Below are positions 45,645 to 55,001 of a stretch of 64,000 bases of DNA, piece by piece. Under the pieces are notes generated by a model. That model was given only the letters and a program-made list of their open reading frames with translations. It had not been told where the DNA came from and searched no databases. The stretch lies in contig JAOZUQ010000003.1 in assembly GCA_029938635.1 (NCBI GenBank), forward strand, positions 34,786 to 98,785, read 5' to 3'. Source of the DNA: Candidatus Aminicenantes bacterium. GTDB lineage: Bacteria > Acidobacteriota > Aminicenantia > UBA2199. Numbering within the stretch: position 1 is the stretch's first letter; the number at the start of each line of letters is the position of its first letter. The translations under genes and the position numbers were made by a program.

Positions 45645-48539
45645 TTAATTGGAAACAATTACCGGATCACTCTCTTTTCCTCTATAGGAAACAGCAGTGA
45701 TCTTATAAGTGAAGTACTGATCCTCTTCAAGGCCTCTGTCATCATATCCCATTACAGTCGGATCAAGTTCAGCGATCAGTTCATATGTATCATCTCCATT
45801 CCCTTTAACCTTCCTGTATATTCTGTAATTGAGCAGTTCGACCTGATTTTCAGGATTTTCCATCCAGGTGATCCTGTTGACATATTCATTAACAAAAATA
45901 AGGTTATTGACAACTCTTTCAAGATTAACTCCTGCAGGAGGTAATACCGGTATGAATTTTGCAGTGATCCATTGAGAGTAGGTCTTGGGGCCATCCCAGA
46001 TCGTGTCGTTGATTGCAAGGCTTATCCTGTACATCCCTTCTATTTCAGGATCAACATTAAGGGTTGCTTTATCATTATCTATTATGAATTCAGGATTAGC
46101 TCCCTCCGGAATATCCTCCAGAACCCAGAGATAAGTGATAGGAAAATCTTCAGGATCATATGATTTAGAGCCGTCAAAGTTAACACTTTTATCTGCGTTG
46201 TCAAGAATAACCTCTATTCTATCCTGGGTCAGAACTGCAATGGCATCTCTGTTAAGAGGGAGAACATTCAGTTTCCCTGATCCAAATGCATTTTTCCCCA
46301 TTGAACGTGCAGCGTTGTCCTTTATTGCCCAATTCGAAAATGATCCACGGATCTGATTTACATTTCTTTCCGGAAATTTTTGAAGTACCAGCGCAACTGC
46401 TCCGGTTGTAATAGGAGCAGACATTGATGTCCCTGACATCTGCCCGTGCCTTCCGTCAGGATCAAGATTTGAATTACTCCAACCTGCATCTTTAGACGCA
46501 GCAGATAAAATGATCTGCCCCGGTGCAGCAATATCAGGTTTCACTCTTCTGTCCCTTGAAGGGCCGGGTGAGGAAAAGTCTGCAATAGTCCCGACCCATG
46601 GTTTCTTTGCATAGGTCCAGGTGCTACCATCACTTCCATCCCATTTATCTCTGGTCGACCACGCCCCGACAGAGATCTCGTACTTGGATGCCCCTTCATC
46701 AATTATATAATTTGAATGGGAAAAATTCCCTGTAAAATATGAGTTAATGTCATTAACATAATAGCCACCAGCGTATATAAACTCTGAGCACCAGACATCA
46801 TAGTTCACGGAACCGCCACCAATGGCCTCAACAATAATGGTCCAGTTACCCAGGGCCGGTTGATATGGCCCCCAATATGGCCAGTAAAGGTCCAGAGATC
46901 CGTAATTGTCTCCATTCGAGGCCGGAGGATTGTCCATGTACCAATCGATCCACCCGTCTCCCACTACTCCGTCCCATGTACCGCCATCGGTCCCGTGAAG
47001 GAACGGCCCGATGACAAAACCGTTGGGTGAAGTAAAGGTTATCTGAATAGGAGCATCCGACCAGTAACCAAAAGATAACCAGGGGAATACACTATTGTCA
47101 GGCCCCCCGAAGAGATTATATGGCCACACCGTTGTGTAATCGATTACCGTATATGTGTGAGATTGGGCTCCACTGCTCTGGTGTCCTTCCATATGGTATG
47201 ATCCGTTCATATATGGATAAGACCCTCCGGTAAGATCAGTATAGGTATTCCAATGCCCTTCATTCCCTGCTGACTTTACAGGGATATGTCCACCACCATA
47301 TGATACATTCCAGCCGGCGATCTCCTGTGCTTCACTGCTTGTACCGTCCGCGGGAAAATCCTGGGGCCACCAAGACATATAATGCATCGGATATCCGGGT
47401 CCGTATGACATATTTACTGAACAGGGCATCCCTAGCTGACTCGACAACTCATAGATAAAAAGGATACCATTATTATCGAGCCCTTTCACGAAAATCATAT
47501 CCGAATTTGGGGCAATACCGGTATATTTTCCTGTTGCAAATCCGTTCCCGGCAGCACTGCCGGATACATGGGTTCCATGCCCGTTTGTATCAACTTCAGT
47601 GCAGCTCCCTCCATCGATCTCTGCTTTGGTCCAGACAGTACCATATGAAAGGCCTGAAAGTACCCCTCCGAAAACATCGGCAGGAGTTCTTCCTGGTGTT
47701 GTAATTTCCGTATCCCAGATATATCGTATCCGTGTCTCTCCTGTATCAGGATCAACAAAATCTTCATGGGTCCAGTCAATGCCGGAATCAATAACTCCTA
47801 CGATCACCCCTTTGCCCGTATAACCTTTTGTATATTTGGGCCCGGATTTCAACCTTATCCTGGAAGCCCTTACTGCATTCGAAGCAAGGTTGTTCTGGGA
47901 AACTTTTTTCAAAACCGGAGTAATTCTAATCACCTGGCTTAGTTTTGCAATTTTTTCAATTTCAGTTGAAGCAACTTCAGCAGAAACAATTGTCTTTCCT
48001 TCGAACTCAGATGTTGCCCTTATTTTCAGATTGAAATTATTCAGGACCTGAATCCCGCCTGTCATATCAATATTACATTCGATAACGTCATAAGGTGGAT
48101 TCCCCCATCTCTCCTGAAGCTCATCCCTGATAAGAGCACTGATAAAAAAAGGTCTCTTGAATTTAGATTCAACTTCTCTTTCACTCAGGATATCCCCGGT
48201 TGAGAGATTTACTTTTCCCCTTTTTGGAGGATAAGACAAAATTTCCTTTGACAGGGTTGAACCGGGAGGCTGTGCTGCGACCTTTGCCCCCTTGATAATA
48301 TTCTGTAGTTTTTTTGAACCATACTTCAAAAGACTTTCAGTAGTCAGCCTTTTTTCATTCCTATAGATATTTAAAATCTCTTTCAAAGGCCCGATCAGTT
48401 TATGGTGATGTAAAGATTTAATATTACCCGGATCATCTCCTCTCTGATCAGTCCCATTCAAGTAATTTCCACTTCCAGAAAAGGAAATAATTAACATTCC
48501 TGTAAATATATACAGGAATACCTTTGAATAGTTCTTCAT
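45645..48539 (-). CDS. Secreted subtilisin-like serine protease (S8) with C-terminal Ig/FN3-like domains
   Basis: 964 aa with a signal peptide. Catalytic triad motifs are VGVIDSGIDWTHEDF (Asp), HGTHVSGSAAG (His) and SGTSMSAPITTGAVAL (Ser). Confidence 0.9.
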   Translation of the reverse strand: MKNYSKVFLYIFTGMLIISFSGSGNYLNGTDQRGDDPGNIKSLHHHKLIGPLKEILNIYRNEKRLTTESLLKYGSKKLQNIIKGAKVAAQPPGSTLSKEILSYPPKRGKVNLSTGDILSEREVESKFKRPFFISALIRDELQERWGNPPYDVIECNIDMTGGIQVLNNFNLKIRATSEFEGKTIVSAEVASTEIEKIAKLSQVIRITPVLKKVSQNNLASNAVRASRIRLKSGPKYTKGYTGKGVIVGVIDSGIDWTHEDFVDPDTGETRIRYIWDTEITTPGRTPADVFGGVLSGLSYGTVWTKAEIDGGSCTEVDTNGHGTHVSGSAAGNGFATGKYTGIAPNSDMIFVKGLDNNGILFIYELSSQLGMPCSVNMSYGPGYPMHYMSWWPQDFPADGTSSEAQEIAGWNVSYGGGHIPVKSAGNEGHWNTYTDLTGGSYPYMNGSYHMEGHQSSGAQSHTYTVIDYTTVWPYNLFGGPDNSVFPWLSFGYWSDAPIQITFTSPNGFVIGPFLHGTDGGTWDGVVGDGWIDWYMDNPPASNGDNYGSLDLYWPYWGPYQPALGNWTIIVEAIGGGSVNYDVWCSEFIYAGGYYVNDINSYFTGNFSHSNYIIDEGASKYEISVGAWSTRDKWDGSDGSTWTYAKKPWVGTIADFSSPGPSRDRRVKPDIAAPGQIILSAASKDAGWSNSNLDPDGRHGQMSGTSMSAPITTGAVALVLQKFPERNVNQIRGSFSNWAIKDNAARSMGKNAFGSGKLNVLPLNRDAIAVLTQDRIEVILDNADKSVNFDGSKSYDPEDFPITYLWVLEDIPEGANPEFIIDNDKATLNVDPEIEGMYRISLAINDTIWDGPKTYSQWITAKFIPVLPPAGVNLERVVNNLIFVNEYVNRITWMENPENQVELLNYRIYRKVKGNGDDTYELIAELDPTVMGYDDRGLEEDQYFTYKITAVSYRGKESDPVIVSN

Positions 48540-48709
48540 AATTCCTCCTTATTTAACAAAAACAATAGAATAATCTAATTTATAAAAAAGAAAAAATCAA
48601 TAAGTTATAAGTAAAAATTTAATATTTATAACGAACAAATTTCCAACAAAAAAATCAGGGAGACAGACACTTCATACAAATTCGGGGACTTCTTAATATA
48701 TTTTTTTTA

Positions 48710-48738
48710 TTGACATCGAATAAAAAAATACATATTAT
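48710..48738 (+). promoter_or_regulatory. Sigma70-like promoter for the 48799 membrane-protein gene
   Basis: TTGACA (48710-48715), 17 nt, TATTAT (48733-48738). Confidence 0.45.
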
Positions 48739-48798
48739 CAAAAATCCAGAGAGGCAGGCAAGACTATTATATATAGGCATGACAACAAGAGGAAAAAA

Positions 48799-49653
48799 AT
48801 GAAAATTACACGGCCTTTTACAGGAATAGTAGCATTTGCGGTTGTATTGTTCACAATGCCATTAGGACATGCAGTTATGATCCTTATGGAAAAGGGTTTC
48901 GGGCATGATCATATTTACATTGCAGCATTATTACTGGGTTTCCTGGGATTGCTACTGTTAATAATCGGGGTGATCTCTTCAAGTGAGAGCAAGGCTACAT
49001 TCCTCGGCTTTTTCGGAGGTTTATTTATCTGGACCGGCTGGATAGAATTTGCTTATGTTTATTATGCAAACAGGTACGGAGTAGAGCCGCTCATTTCAAA
49101 CGGAGAAATTGTCACAAAGCCTGAGTACCTGATAATGCCATCATCTGTCGGTTTCTGGGCTGTGATGATGATCTATTATTTTTTCGGGACAAAAACAGGT
49201 TGTAAGTTTTTCAACTGGCTTCAGAAGAAATTAAAATTCTCGAATATTACAGATCTCAAACCTGCAAAAAGAAACATAACAATGACCACATTTTTAGAGT
49301 TGATCGCTTTGTTATGGACATTTTATCTGGTCTTGCTTTTTCTTTACGACAATAATTTTGTGGGTGAAAAACATTTAGTTACTTATATTGTAGCATTCGG
49401 ATCATTGTTATGGTCCCTCTATTTATTTTTAAAACTCATCAAAATTACCAAAATCCCTTATGCTGTGAGATATGCCATACCCACCGTGATCATTTTCTGG
49501 AATTTTATTGAGATACTCGGGCGTTGGGATTTTTTTAAAGAGATCTGGATAGAGCCTGAAAAATATTGGATCGAAATGCTATTGATCCTGGCTGTTTTTG
49601 TTATCCTTATTTTTATTGCTACTGTTAAAAAAAAAAAGAATAAAATCACCTGA
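48799..49653 (+). CDS. Hypothetical integral membrane protein (about 8 TM)
   Basis: 284 aa with multiple hydrophobic helices. GAGGAAAAAAATG start context. No recognised motif. Confidence 0.6.
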   Translation: MKITRPFTGIVAFAVVLFTMPLGHAVMILMEKGFGHDHIYIAALLLGFLGLLLLIIGVISSSESKATFLGFFGGLFIWTGWIEFAYVYYANRYGVEPLISNGEIVTKPEYLIMPSSVGFWAVMMIYYFFGTKTGCKFFNWLQKKLKFSNITDLKPAKRNITMTTFLELIALLWTFYLVLLFLYDNNFVGEKHLVTYIVAFGSLLWSLYLFLKLIKITKIPYAVRYAIPTVIIFWNFIEILGRWDFFKEIWIEPEKYWIEMLLILAVFVILIFIATVKKKKNKIT

Positions 49654-49720
49654 GGGTAGGCTGTATACCTCTCCCTGTTCCATTTGAAAACAGATATTAT
49701 TAGTGTTAAAATCTGTGCTT

Positions 49721-50167
49721 ATGAACGAGGAAAAAATTTCTCTTGTCCGTGATACTCTGAATAATCTTGAAAAAAAGAAGTCGGGGATCAAAAAAATCCA
49801 TAAACTGGTGAATAAGAAAATAGACCGAAAATTCCATCTCGACATTAATGACCTGACCCCTTCCGAACTTGACTTTGAAATGGGAAGAAGGGCAGCTAAC
49901 CTGAGAGAAAATGCAGATCCAAGGGTTTACATGAATTTGAAACCCGGGAGAAATAAACTCGTTAAAATCCTGATGCTTTTCCCATTTGCGATCAGAATGA
50001 TCTTTGTAAAACCGATCAGCATCATCAGGGATTTTATTTTTTTTAATAATGCCATGATAGTAAGAATGAGAAAAACAGATACCCGGCTAAGTGAACTTGA
50101 AGAAAAATTAAGCTCATCCCTGGATGAGACCGGAAGTGATCCTGCAAAAGAACAAAATGGTGAATAA
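49721..50167 (+). CDS. Hypothetical protein
   Basis: About 148 aa counted from the first ATG (the track start at 49703 is a GTG). Basic N-terminal half and acidic tail. No recognised motif. Confidence 0.45.
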   Translation: MNEEKISLVRDTLNNLEKKKSGIKKIHKLVNKKIDRKFHLDINDLTPSELDFEMGRRAANLRENADPRVYMNLKPGRNKLVKILMLFPFAIRMIFVKPISIIRDFIFFNNAMIVRMRKTDTRLSELEEKLSSSLDETGSDPAKEQNGE

Positions 50168-50170
50168 TAA

Positions 50171-51526
50171 TTGAAGCATGAAATCTTAGAGAAAATACGA
50201 ACTGCTATTTCTAAAAATACAGAGCCATTTCATGTTATCTCCGGAAAGGTCATTCAATTACTTAATTCAAATGATATTGAAAAAATTGATCAATATCGAT
50301 ATGTTCTTAATGAAACGATATCAATTTTAAAAGTAAAATACGGGATCCAGGGAGCAATTAATTTTCTAAGGCACTATGAGATCTCAACTGGAAAACGGAA
50401 ACCTTCACTTGCAATTTACGATCATGCTTTTCACTTCATTGGAGGAGCGCAGAAATACGGCCTGACTTTTATTAAAGCACTTGAGGATGATTTTGATATT
50501 ACGATAATAGCAAACAGAGATGTCACACATAAAGATTTTATGAAGTGGTACGGACTCGACCTTGAAAAAGCAGCAATAAAAATTGTCAGGCTCCCTTATT
50601 TCGAAAACAGAAAAACCTCGCATATCGATCCTCACAGAATAATGAAAGGGACACCTAACCCATTCCATTCTATCAGCAGGGAAAGTGGAAATTACGATAT
50701 TTTCATAAATAACGGTATGCTTGAGATGGTTTATCCCTTATCATTGATATCCGTCCTTGTCTGTCATTTCCCCGAGAGAAGGCCACAAAGTTATTTTTAT
50801 TCCGATCAATATACCTACACAGTCTATAATAGTAAATATACGGAACAATGGATCAGAAAAAGGTGGAAATATACTCCTCACAAACACATATATCCACCCG
50901 TAGATATGGAAGTTTTCAAAACAGGTTCTAAAAAAGAAAAACTCATTCTATCTGTTGCCAGGCTGGAAGAAGGGGGAACAAAGAAACAAAAAGAGATGGC
51001 AACCGCATTCATTACATTGAAGAAAAAATTTCCAGATATCTCCAAAGGGTGGAAACTGATAATTGCCGGTGGAAGCACAGGTGAAAATTCATATGTTAAG
51101 GAGCTTAAGGAGATAATCAAGGAAGCGGAAGATAATACTATTGAATTGAAGATAAATATCAGCGACAGTGATCTTAAGGATCTGTACAAAAAAGGTTCCA
51201 TATTCTGGCACTTATGCGGCCTCGGGCAAAATGATCCGGCGAAGGTGGAACACTTCGGAATGACTATCGGTGAAGCCATGCAAAACAGGATCGCCCCTAT
51301 CGTTTTTGACGGTGGAGGGCAGAGAGAAATAGTAGAACACGGGACCTCAGGGTTCAGGATATCTTCTTTAAAAGGACTGATCAGGTATACAGTGAAAATT
51401 ATGGACGAAAACAAACTGAGGAAAAATCTCGGTGAGAGCGCATATGCAAAGAGCCTTCAATTCAACAGAGAAAGATTTGAAAAAGAAGTGAAACAGTTTT
51501 TTAAAAAAATAATACCCGGGAATTAA
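50171..51526 (+). CDS. Glycosyltransferase (GT-B fold, GT4-like)
   Basis: 451 aa with the C-terminal motif EHFGMTIGEAMQNRIAPIVFDGGGQREIV (EX7E-like). TTG start. Confidence 0.7.
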   Translation: MKHEILEKIRTAISKNTEPFHVISGKVIQLLNSNDIEKIDQYRYVLNETISILKVKYGIQGAINFLRHYEISTGKRKPSLAIYDHAFHFIGGAQKYGLTFIKALEDDFDITIIANRDVTHKDFMKWYGLDLEKAAIKIVRLPYFENRKTSHIDPHRIMKGTPNPFHSISRESGNYDIFINNGMLEMVYPLSLISVLVCHFPERRPQSYFYSDQYTYTVYNSKYTEQWIRKRWKYTPHKHIYPPVDMEVFKTGSKKEKLILSVARLEEGGTKKQKEMATAFITLKKKFPDISKGWKLIIAGGSTGENSYVKELKEIIKEAEDNTIELKINISDSDLKDLYKKGSIFWHLCGLGQNDPAKVEHFGMTIGEAMQNRIAPIVFDGGGQREIVEHGTSGFRISSLKGLIRYTVKIMDENKLRKNLGESAYAKSLQFNRERFEKEVKQFFKKIIPGN

Positions 51527-51535
51527 AGAAATATC

Positions 51536-51563
51536 TTGACAAAACCGGTGAAAAAAATAAAAT
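51536..51563 (+). promoter_or_regulatory. Sigma70-like promoter for iorAB
   Basis: TTGACA (51536-51541), 16 nt, TAAAAT (51558-51563). AGGAGGG SD precedes the ATG at 51583. Confidence 0.45.
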
Positions 51564-51582
51564 CAATACTTCAGGAGGGAAA

Positions 51583-53388
51583 ATGAAGCGAGAATTACTA
51601 TCCGGAAATGAAGCTATCGCCAGGGGTGCTTATGAGGCCGGTATCACATTTGCATCTGCATATCCAGGAACACCCAGTACAGAGATACTGGAAAATGTGG
51701 TCAGGTATAAAGATGATATCCACTGTCAATGGGGAACAAATGAGAAAACGGCATTTGAAGAAGCCATGGGAGCAACCTTTACAGGGGCAAGAGTATTGGT
51801 AGCAATGAAACATGTTGGACTTAACGTGGCTGCAGATCCTTTATTCTCCTCCAGTTATCTCGGGGCTGACGGTGGATTTATTATTGTATCTGCAGATGAT
51901 CCGGGTATGCACTCTTCACAAAATGAACAGGACAACCGGAATTATGCGATCGCGGCAAAGATACCCGTACTTGAGCCTTCAGACTCTCAGGAAGCCAAAG
52001 ATTTTGTTATTGAGGGAATTAAGATCAGTGAGAAGTTCAACACTCCTGTAATGCTGAGATCAAGCACAAGAGTATCTCATTCCCGCTCTGCAGTTGAAAC
52101 CGGTGAAAGAGAAACTCCTCCAGAGCTTCACTATGAGAAAGATTTTCAGAAAACGATGCTTCTGCCTGTGATTGCAAGAAAAAAACACATAATCGTCGAA
52201 GAAAGGCAGAAAAAAATAAAAGAGTTTAGTGACACTTTTAAACATAATTATATTATTGAGGGCAAAACCAGGATAGGGATTCTGGCATCAGGTATTGCAT
52301 TTCAAAACGGGAGAGAGATTTTTAAAGATGACTGGTTCCTGAAAGTTGCCATGCCCTATCCATTTCCTGAAGAATTATACAAAAAATTTGCCGATAAAGT
52401 TGACAAAATATATGTACTTGAAGAGAACGATCCAATCATGGAGAATTTTGCAAGACTGATCACTCCCGACAAGGAAATAATCGGAAAGGATTTTTTCCCG
52501 TTAACAGGAGAAATGACTGAGGATGTAATATTGAGCAAACTTGGGAAAAAAGACCTTACTCCTGAATTTGATACAAATTCAATTCCGCACAGGCCTCCAT
52601 CTTTATGCCCGGGATGTCCTCATACGGCAACATTCCATAACCTTAACATTCAAAAGGTCACTGTAACGGGAGATATAGGTTGTTATACACTTGGAGGGCT
52701 ACCTCCGCTGAATGCAATGGATACCACAATAGATATGGGTGCTTCAATTACTGCAATGCTGGGAATGGAAAAAGCGATGGCAAAAGCAGGGAAAAAATTG
52801 AAACAGGCTGCAGTGATCGGGGATTCAACATTCTTCCATTCAGGTATAACCGGACTCCTGGATCTTATTTACAATGATAGCAAAGGAACTGTAATAATTC
52901 TTGATAATTCAATTACTGCCATGACAGGGCATCAGGACAATCCAGGAACAGGCAAAACCCTGATGGGTGATGATGCACCTGTTGTTGATATACTCAAACT
53001 TGTCAGAGATGGACTGGGAATAGAACATTCATTTGAGATAGACGGATATGATGTGAAGGGGATCAGGACACTCCTTCGCGAAGAATTAAAAAGAGAAAAA
53101 TTATCTGTGATTGTTGTAAAGAGGGTATGTGCACTCCTTTTCAAAAAACCAAATTGGTCCCCTACTGTTGTTGATCCTGATAAATGTATCAAATGTAATC
53201 TCTGCCTGAAATTGGGATGCCCGGCTATAACATCTAAGGATGGGAAGGCATTTATAGTTTCAAGCCTTTGTACAGGATGTTCAGTATGTATCCAGGTCTG
53301 TCCGCATGACGCAATGAATCATGCAAACGAAGATGGGATGCACATCAAGGATACAAGCCTTGCAGACTTTTTTAAAGGGGGAAAATAA
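51583..53388 (+). CDS. iorA: Indolepyruvate:ferredoxin oxidoreductase, alpha subunit
   Basis: 601 aa. N-terminus LLSGNEAIARGAYEAGITFASAYPGTPSTEI, a TPP-binding region, and two C-terminal 4Fe-4S ferredoxin motifs (CIKCNLCLKLGCP, CTGCSVCIQVCP). Confidence 0.9.
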   Translation: MKRELLSGNEAIARGAYEAGITFASAYPGTPSTEILENVVRYKDDIHCQWGTNEKTAFEEAMGATFTGARVLVAMKHVGLNVAADPLFSSSYLGADGGFIIVSADDPGMHSSQNEQDNRNYAIAAKIPVLEPSDSQEAKDFVIEGIKISEKFNTPVMLRSSTRVSHSRSAVETGERETPPELHYEKDFQKTMLLPVIARKKHIIVEERQKKIKEFSDTFKHNYIIEGKTRIGILASGIAFQNGREIFKDDWFLKVAMPYPFPEELYKKFADKVDKIYVLEENDPIMENFARLITPDKEIIGKDFFPLTGEMTEDVILSKLGKKDLTPEFDTNSIPHRPPSLCPGCPHTATFHNLNIQKVTVTGDIGCYTLGGLPPLNAMDTTIDMGASITAMLGMEKAMAKAGKKLKQAAVIGDSTFFHSGITGLLDLIYNDSKGTVIILDNSITAMTGHQDNPGTGKTLMGDDAPVVDILKLVRDGLGIEHSFEIDGYDVKGIRTLLREELKREKLSVIVVKRVCALLFKKPNWSPTVVDPDKCIKCNLCLKLGCPAITSKDGKAFIVSSLCTGCSVCIQVCPHDAMNHANEDGMHIKDTSLADFFKGGK

Positions 53389-53960
53389 TGAAAACCATAA
53401 TCATAGCGGGTGTCGGTGGACAGGGTGTCCTGACTGCAAGTGATCTTTTATCAGATGTACTCCTTGACGCAGGATACAATGTAAAGAAAAGTGAAGTACA
53501 CGGGATGAGCCAGAGGGGTGGTGACGTGATTGCTACCATTAAATTTGGTGAAGAGGTTTTTTCTCCTTTACCGGCAATAAAAAATGCCGACTACATTCTT
53601 GCATTCGAAAAACTTGAAGGGCTTAGAAATATTAATTTTCTTAAAAATGACGGAGCAATGATTGTTAATGACTTTGTATGGGAGCCACTCCCTGTTGCAT
53701 CAGGTACGGTTGAATATCCGGATGATATTGAAGATAATCTAAAAAAATACTCATCAGATCTTATTCTTATCCCTGCAACAGATATTGCAACAGAATTGGG
53801 AAACGTCCGTACCACAAATGTTCTTCTTGTTGGTGTGCTTGCATCCAAGATGGATATAGACAAAGAGATCTGGATTAATGTTGTAAAAAGAAAAGTTCCT
53901 CCAAAATCCATAGATCTTAACCTCTCTGCTTTTGAAAAGGGATATTCATTTAGAGCCTGA
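53388..53960 (+). CDS. iorB: Indolepyruvate:ferredoxin oxidoreductase, beta subunit
   Basis: 190 aa with IIAGVGGQGVLTASDLL...VHGMSQRGGDV. ATGA-type overlap with iorA. Confidence 0.9.
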   Translation: MKTIIIAGVGGQGVLTASDLLSDVLLDAGYNVKKSEVHGMSQRGGDVIATIKFGEEVFSPLPAIKNADYILAFEKLEGLRNINFLKNDGAMIVNDFVWEPLPVASGTVEYPDDIEDNLKKYSSDLILIPATDIATELGNVRTTNVLLVGVLASKMDIDKEIWINVVKRKVPPKSIDLNLSAFEKGYSFRA

Positions 53961-53987
53961 CAATTATTCAGAGAATGTAGCACTTCA

Positions 53988-54257
53988 ATGACTCTTTATT
54001 ACCGTGTCGAAGGGAGAGTTCAGGGAGTTGCTTTCAGATACTACACCAGCATTGAAGCAAAAAAACTCGGAATAACAGGGTCTGTAAGAAATCTTTCGGA
54101 TGGAAGTGTTGAGATATATGCAAGTTCCAATAGAGAGACACTTTCAAGGTTTGAGAATTTTCTCAAAGAAGGTCCCGGCCATTCAGTAGTAGAAAAAATT
54201 GAAAGATCTGCTGCTGATGTAAACAGAATTTTCAAGGATTTTCTAATATTAAGTTAA
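53988..54257 (+). CDS. acyP: Acylphosphatase
   Basis: 89 aa with the signature V.GRVQGVAFRYY....A..LGITGSVRNLSDGSVE. Confidence 0.85.
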   Translation: MTLYYRVEGRVQGVAFRYYTSIEAKKLGITGSVRNLSDGSVEIYASSNRETLSRFENFLKEGPGHSVVEKIERSAADVNRIFKDFLILS

Positions 54258-54270
54258 AAATATTTTCTTG

Positions 54271-54299
54271 TTGACAATGAAATTTATATATGCTAATTT
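54271..54299 (+). promoter_or_regulatory. Sigma70-like promoter for the FmdB-family gene
   Basis: TTGACA (54271-54276), 17 nt, TAATTT (54294-54299). Confidence 0.45.
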
Positions 54300-54330
54300 T
54301 TTATTTAAGAAATAAATTAAGGTGAAAAAA

Positions 54331-54612
54331 TTGCCAATTTATGAGTACAAATGTGATGATTGTGGACAAATTTTTGATGTCCTTCAGAAAATAAATTCTG
54401 ACCCGGTAAAAGAATGTATACACTGCGGCGGAAATGTCAAAAAAATGATCTCAGCTTCCTCTTTTCAATTCAAAGGAAGCGGATGGTATGTTACCGATTA
54501 TAAAAAGACCAAATCAGATAAAGACAAGTACAAAAATCCGGAAACTTCTGTAAAAGGAACCGGAAAAGATAATAAGAATAAAGATAAAGAGAAACAAAAA
54601 AATGTTGCATAA
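54331..54612 (+). CDS. FmdB-family zinc-ribbon protein with a Lys/Asp-rich tail
   Basis: Canonical family N-terminus [12 protein letters not shown]...CIHCGG. Start placed at the TTG at 54331, 6 nt after AAGGTG. The track start at 54322 is a GTG that would add three residues. Confidence 0.75.
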   Translation: MPIYEYKCDDCGQIFDVLQKINSDPVKECIHCGGNVKKMISASSFQFKGSGWYVTDYKKTKSDKDKYKNPETSVKGTGKDNKNKDKEKQKNVA

Positions 54613-54666
54613 AAATTGCCTTTCCATCTCTCCCCCCTTAATATAAATACATATCTCCCACCTAAA

Positions 54667-54711
54667 CAGAACAGGCCCCCCGCTAAACGGGGGGCTCCTG
54701 CCTGTTTTTTT
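54667..54711 (+). terminator. Rho-independent terminator after the FmdB-family gene
   Basis: GC stem GGCCCCCCG-ctaaa-CGGGGGGCT, extended by CAGG/CCTG pairing and followed by a T7 run (54705-54711). Confidence 0.6.
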
Positions 54712-54729
54712 CCGGTCCGTTTAAACTGA

Positions 54730-54758
54730 TTGACAGTCAATAAATAAAGTGAGAAAAT
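54730..54758 (+). promoter_or_regulatory. Sigma70-like promoter for the trm112-like / O-antigen ligase genes
   Basis: TTGACA (54730-54735), 17 nt, GAAAAT (54753-54758). GGAGGAG SD precedes the ATG at 54789. Confidence 0.35.
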
Positions 54759-54788
54759 TTGAATTGATATATTTCCGGAGGAGTTGAT

Positions 54789-55001
54789 ATGCCTGATGGT
54801 TCTAAAAAACCGGTTTCTGATCGCCTGCTCAAGATTCTTGCCTGTCCTGTATGTAAAGCTTCAGTAGAGATATGGCCTTTAAGTAAAAGTGATTCCGGGC
54901 TTAAATGTTCAAAATGTAACAGAATTTACCCGATCCGCGACGGGATACCCTTGATGCTGGAATCGGAAGTTCTGTCGGGAGAGAACAAAACCGAAAAATG
55001 A
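54789..55001 (+). CDS. Trm112-family zinc-ribbon protein
   Basis: 70 aa with LLKILACPVCK...LKCSKCNRIYPIRDGIPLML, the Trm112p-like signature. Confidence 0.8.
   Translation: MPDGSKKPVSDRLLKILACPVCKASVEIWPLSKSDSGLKCSKCNRIYPIRDGIPLMLESEVLSGENKTEK

Noticed and set aside
45645-48539. S8 subtilisin as a LanP-like leader protease for the RiPP cluster
   Set aside because: It is separated from the operon by an HD-domain gene on the opposite strand, a propeller gene and an OMP gene. It is a very large secreted multi-domain enzyme, and the operon already encodes its own peptidase. A link cannot be excluded, but nothing in the sequence supports one.
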